DNA of 64,000 nucleotides from a bacterium (GTDB lineage Bacteria > SZUA-182 > DTGQ01): positions 29,400 to 93,399 of the forward strand of contig JAILZY010000003.1 of the NCBI GenBank assembly GCA_023512255.1, given 5' to 3'. The stretch's first letter is position 1. The number at the start of each line of letters is the position of its first letter. Under the pieces are notes generated by a model, which searched no databases, was not told the origin of the DNA, and saw only the letters and a list, made by a program, of their open reading frames with translations. The translations under genes were made by a program, and so were the position numbers. Below, piece by piece: positions 60,801 through 64,000 of this stretch.

Positions 60801-62175
60801 TGATGGTGGCGAAGTTGGTGATGTACTCCATTTGGGGAAGAGCAGGGTTTACCAGGACCGTCACTTGAACGCAACGCGGGGGGGACCCGCCCGGCAAATC
60901 GCCGAGATGCCAAGTTACAGTATTAGTTGCAGGATCATAGACTCCGCCATCAGTTGCTGAGATAAAACTTACTTTGCTGGGATCTGGCAAGTTATCGACA
61001 ATTTTTATATTGGTAACGTCAAAGTCTTTTTTCTCCTCACTTCCATAGCAGATCGAATAAGTCATCTCTTCCCCTGCGTTCACACATTCTGACTCAGGAA
61101 TTTTAAGATTAAGTGGATTATAGCTGATATTTCCAATACTCAAAGCGGCTGGATTTCCAATTATACCTGTATTGTGTACTAGAGTGAATGGAATGTCAGG
61201 AGCGGGAGGATTGGCCGGATTCGGATCCCAGATAGTTAAGTCATCACCAGTGCATCCCCCAGTAACATATAGATAGCCTGTAATCTCATCCACTCCAAGA
61301 CCCATACCGCCATGATCCAAGCCGACTTTTCTCATATCCATTATCGTTTCTGATCCAGTGGTTATATCATACTTACTTATTATAGTGAAGCCATCGCGGC
61401 CAAAGAGATTTCTTAATCCAAAGCAACACTCCTCCTTAGCTAAGTCAGGGGCTGTCGTATAGATAATTTTTCTTCTCCTGTCAACTGCAATACCGCAGGG
61501 GACAATACTTGGTTTATAACTTAAGACCTCATTCCAGGTATTGGTGTCAAATCCTTTGACCATTTTGCCTTTGGAATCTGCTACATAGAGCACTCCCTCT
61601 CTCTCATCAAGGGCAATGCCAAACATACCAGAAACTCCAGCCAGAGCTTTGGGATAGCCAGCTCTCAGTCTCATAGCTCGAGCATCCACAATAACATTAT
61701 CAGGATCTTGCGCATTGATATAATTAGGATCCCAGTCATAGACATAAATGTCTGGGGTATTCCTTTTTACAATGTAGACGATATTATTCTTATCATCTAC
61801 ATCAATTCCAGCCAGATTGCGAACCGGCTTGCCAGAGGCGTCAAGCACTACCACCTTTCCCAAGGATCTCATACTAACCGCATTTACCAGTTCGATGGCA
61901 GGATCATTACCCGGTACATTAAATTCATCCGTTATAAACAGGGTGGCTGAATCTGCATCAACTCCCATCCCGGAAGGTTCTTGAACAAATGATAAATTAT
62001 AGGTAGCCTGATAGGTTACTGTTCCATCAGGGTTAATATTCCAAGCATCAAACTGGTTTATATGATGGTTAGCTAACATATACAGTGACTTTGCCGAACC
62101 GGCTGCTGGTATGACTAAAGCAATCAGCAGCACTGCCCAGAGAGAAAAAAATTTTTTTAAGCTACGGTACCTCAT
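57805..62175 (-). CDS. Giant secreted adhesin-like protein (1456 aa): N-terminal beta-propeller-like region, at least 8 HYR/Ig-like repeats, C-terminal Pro/Gln/Ala-rich tail
   Basis: Signal peptide. Repeated ~80-aa units CP.DITV...CGAKV.W.PP.F.DNCG.VTV.S.H.PGDFFP.G.T.V.Y.A.D..GN...C.F.V.V.D are HYR-like. Duplicated ITVQLDASG..INPQDVDNGS.DNCGIAKMEVFPDTFTCDNIGPN units. Tail QPAQQPAQQAQQPAQPAQ. Confidence 0.8.
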   Translation of the reverse strand: MRYRSLKKFFSLWAVLLIALVIPAAGSAKSLYMLANHHINQFDAWNINPDGTVTYQATYNLSFVQEPSGMGVDADSATLFITDEFNVPGNDPAIELVNAVSMRSLGKVVVLDASGKPVRNLAGIDVDDKNNIVYIVKRNTPDIYVYDWDPNYINAQDPDNVIVDARAMRLRAGYPKALAGVSGMFGIALDEREGVLYVADSKGKMVKGFDTNTWNEVLSYKPSIVPCGIAVDRRRKIIYTTAPDLAKEECCFGLRNLFGRDGFTIISKYDITTGSETIMDMRKVGLDHGGMGLGVDEITGYLYVTGGCTGDDLTIWDPNPANPPAPDIPFTLVHNTGIIGNPAALSIGNISYNPLNLKIPESECVNAGEEMTYSICYGSEEKKDFDVTNIKIVDNLPDPSKVSFISATDGGVYDPATNTVTWHLGDLPGGSPPRCVQVTVLVNPALPQMEYITNFATITSDQTPPTTVADERRICCLPYCPTPSDITINKITEECKAQVFWPEPDFGVCGPVTVISNHKPGDLFPIECGATGPIVTYTAQDVDGIVAECTFTLPIVNDGPSIEYCPTNIPPQDNEPGKCGARVDWTPPKFVDDCSLKVTSTHNPGSFFEVGTTEVTYEAVDNCGIPISCTFTVTVKDSELSLCIAKDITVQLDASGKAIINPQDVDNGSSDNCGIAKMEVFPDTFTCDNIGPNLVILTVTDTSGNQSTCTATVTVVDPIPPEARCKNITVQLDASGQVSINPQDVDNGSADNCGIAKMEVFPDTFTCDNIGPNLVTLTVIDTSGNQSTCTATVTVVDKIAPILISDCPGNINVSGICGKESPVSWTPPVFKDNCQVIVTSIAIYPDGTKRENVVPGDSFPVGTTKVIYTAKDSSGNEAAPCEFNITVEGGGIGLITPIEPCPPDITVNNQAGECGAKVFWIPPTFVGDCGPVTVTSTHNPGDFFPAECESEAKGTIVTYTARDEYGNEASCSFRVIVLDKEAPMVSGCPDDITVSADPEACGAKVFWIPQTFRDNCGSVTVTSNHEPGDFFPIGTTKVIYTATDDCGNKQECSFTVTVSDTIGPMIINGCPTDITVRNEPGVCGAKVSWTPPVFSDNCGPVTVESTHKPGDFFPAECKDSAQGTLVTYTATDSYGNTATCSFKVTVLDEESPSVTIKPLAVKYFTTDIVALDYTVIDNCDPDPEVVVKLSNNGAAPIYLSPHPPISLNMAELVGQNTITVVATDECGNVGSASVQFEVVLRLTGDQLVIKDEIQKIGATTFVAFIHFPSPYDALTIYEAVADGAVADQINHDWVEHTSICRFNRSKVTEVPIDDYFEVNGLFKYRGISCKFFGADYIYRVLPPPRTPVPPPGQSPINPPIKQSTQQSAQPAQQPAQQAQQPAQPAQPAQQTVQPAIQQPGQQQLEQPAQQPVQQPVAQSTQQTSTVPAQPAQLAQQQPAQQTVQPAMQSVKQSTVK

Positions 62176-62918
62176 AGATTACATTTCCTCACCTTATAGT
62201 ACATTAGAGTACATTTAGTTTAATTTTCAATCATTTTCCCCCCTGTAAGCTGGTTGACAGATATAATATTTTACTTATCTATCTAGTTAGCAAATTAATT
62301 GAATTTAATTTAAAGCTTACAATTTACTTCACCTCCTTGAAGCCTTCTTCATCATGCCCATTGATTTCACTTATGATCAAGATAAAGATATATGATCAAA
62401 AGACAAGGAGATAAACCAAAGACTTCGGTTGCTCAAAGTTGCAATTGAAGCTATTGTAATTAATAATTTTTTATAATTAAAAAATAATAAGAGATATATA
62501 TAAATTTACCTTGCTACCGGACACATTTTATCTTCCGGTTTTGTATACGCCTGAAAGTGCAGGCATTTCGTGTCATTTTCGCGTGGGCGGGAATCCAGAG
62601 GGTTGCTGCAATTATACATGGATTATCACTTTCGCGGGCATAACGATAAAAAAGTGTCCGGTAGTGAAAAATTTACTTAATTTAATTTTAAATTAATTAA
62701 AATCATTTATCAAGTAAAAAAGATAAAAAATTTATATACAATAATTTTTGAATAAAATATAAAAATAAACAATAAATTAAAATTTTTGAGAAATTTTTTG
62801 ATGGGAAGTTTTTTGATAAGAGCAAAAAGCGTTTGAGCTTCGGGTCTTAGCTTTAGAAGATAGGAATTTTTTAGAAGATGATATGAATTTTTATGATCTT
62901 ATGAGGGGATAAGCTTCT

Positions 62919-64000
62919 TCAAGGGTGAGCGAATCTGGATTTTCGCACTTTTTTCACTACCTCCATTGCCCAGAGCGGGAATGAGGACACAGCCAATACC
63001 AGCACCCAGTCAAAAAGTGCGAGAGGCCGAGTCTTGAATATCGACTGCAAGGATGGTACATACACGGCCGCCATCTGCAGGAGGAAGGAAATTCCAGCGG
63101 CAAGAATCAATTTCCTATTGGTGAAAAATCCGATCTTGAACAGGGATTCGCTCATGTGTCGGCAATTAAAGGAGTGGAAAAGCTGCGAGCAGGCCAGAAC
63201 GATAAAGGCTGCTGTTCTGGCACAGCTTAGGCTTTCTTTTTCGATAAACAGAACAAAGCTGAAAGCAAGCAGACTGCAAGCAGCTATGAAAGAGCCCTGA
63301 AAAATAATTACCCATACCCGGCTCTTGCTGATTATTGCTTCATGGGCAGGACGGGGTGGCCGACTCATGATATTCGGGTCAACAGGATCAACACCCAGCG
63401 CCAGAGCAGGCAGCCCATCAGTTACCAGATTTATCCATAGGATATGTATCGGCAGCAAGGGTACTGGCATTCCGAAAAGTGAGGCCACCAGCATAACCAA
63501 TATCTCGCCCGCATTACAAGAGAGCAGATAGTGAATAAATTTTTTGATGTTATCATAAATGCCTCGCCCCTCTTCAACCGCAGCCACGATGGAAGCAAAA
63601 TTATCATCCGTGATCACCATATCAGAAACCTCTTTGGTGACGTCGGTTCCGGTTATGCCCATGGCTACGCCGATGTCTGCCTCTCTTAAGGCTGGCGCAT
63701 CGTTGACGCCATCGCCAGTCATGGCCACAATATCCCCTTGTTTTCGCCAGGCGCGAACAACCCGAAGCTTATGTTCCGGTGAGACGCGGGCATAGACAGC
63801 GATTTTTTTCACTTTTTGGCAAAGCTCATCCTCGCTCAAAGCATCGAGCTCATCACCGGTTAGGGCGAGTGAATCCTTCTCGAAAAATCCTAACTGCCGG
63901 GCGATGGCCATGGCCGTATTCTTGTGATCGCCAGTAATCATGACCGTTTTAATACCCGCGCTCTTACACTTTTTGATAGCCTCTCGAACCTCTTCCCTTG
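62919..64000 (-). CDS. Cation-transporting P-type ATPase, C-terminal part (N-terminus beyond window end)
   Basis: Hinge motif GDGVNDAPALREADIGVAMG and MITGDHKNTAMAIARQLG. The frame stays open to position 64000, where it reads ...GIKTVMITGD. Confidence 0.85.
   Translation of the reverse strand, partial: REEVREAIKKCKSAGIKTVMITGDHKNTAMAIARQLGFFEKDSLALTGDELDALSEDELCQKVKKIAVYARVSPEHKLRVVRAWRKQGDIVAMTGDGVNDAPALREADIGVAMGITGTDVTKEVSDMVITDDNFASIVAAVEEGRGIYDNIKKFIHYLLSCNAGEILVMLVASLFGMPVPLLPIHILWINLVTDGLPALALGVDPVDPNIMSRPPRPAHEAIISKSRVWVIIFQGSFIAACSLLAFSFVLFIEKESLSCARTAAFIVLACSQLFHSFNCRHMSESLFKIGFFTNRKLILAAGISFLLQMAAVYVPSLQSIFKTRPLALFDWVLVLAVSSFPLWAMEVVKKVRKSRFAHP

Overview
This 64-kb window is a bacterial chromosomal segment, probably from a Gram-negative anaerobe. 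Pyruvate:ferredoxin oxidoreductase, sigma-54/NtrC-type regulation, lpxB and secreted, lipoprotein and outer-membrane beta-barrel proteins point that way; GC is about 48-50 %. Roughly 55 protein genes are housekeeping or envelope genes mixed with accessory content.

Recognisable genes on the plus strand are a 5'-truncated K+ channel, a SatD/SatE-like pair, a cyclase-family protein, SixA, DUF2905, a B12-binding radical SAM protein, an SspB-like adaptor, TtcA, DUF378, GlnK-AmtB behind a consensus sigma-54 promoter, an orphan NTP_transf_5 nucleotidyltransferase, a matrixin lipoprotein and GlgB. On the minus strand are a HAL2-like PAP phosphatase, a nitroreductase, three consecutive secreted hypotheticals, an envelope operon (hemL, ABC permease, nagZ, DegT aminotransferase, lpxB, DUF374), a lytic transglycosylase, a FadL-like outer-membrane protein, a lipoprotein, DUF1848, an NtrC-type regulator, a disrupted PAS sensor gene, a hybrid histidine kinase, a PEBP/YbhB protein, a 921-aa secreted protein, a DHOD-like protein next to PFOR, a TPR membrane protein, a sugar-phosphate nucleotidyltransferase and a partial P-type ATPase. 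A tRNA-Arg(ACG) sits at 47158-47231.

The structure not explained by genes is mostly repeats and surface-protein content. Three intergenic repeat families (MITE/REP-like) have three, two and two copies. A cluster of three perfect 17-bp-stem palindromes lies in one divergent promoter. The satD promoter and 5' end are tandemly duplicated together with palindromic operator-like sites. A short CRISPR-like array of degenerate ~30-bp repeats has no cas genes nearby. A ~13-kb surface-protein cluster lies downstream of the tRNA: two tandem paralogous Gly/Tyr-rich secreted proteins of unknown family and a 1456-aa HYR/Ig-repeat adhesin-like giant. No integrase, transposase, reverse transcriptase or cas gene was recognised.
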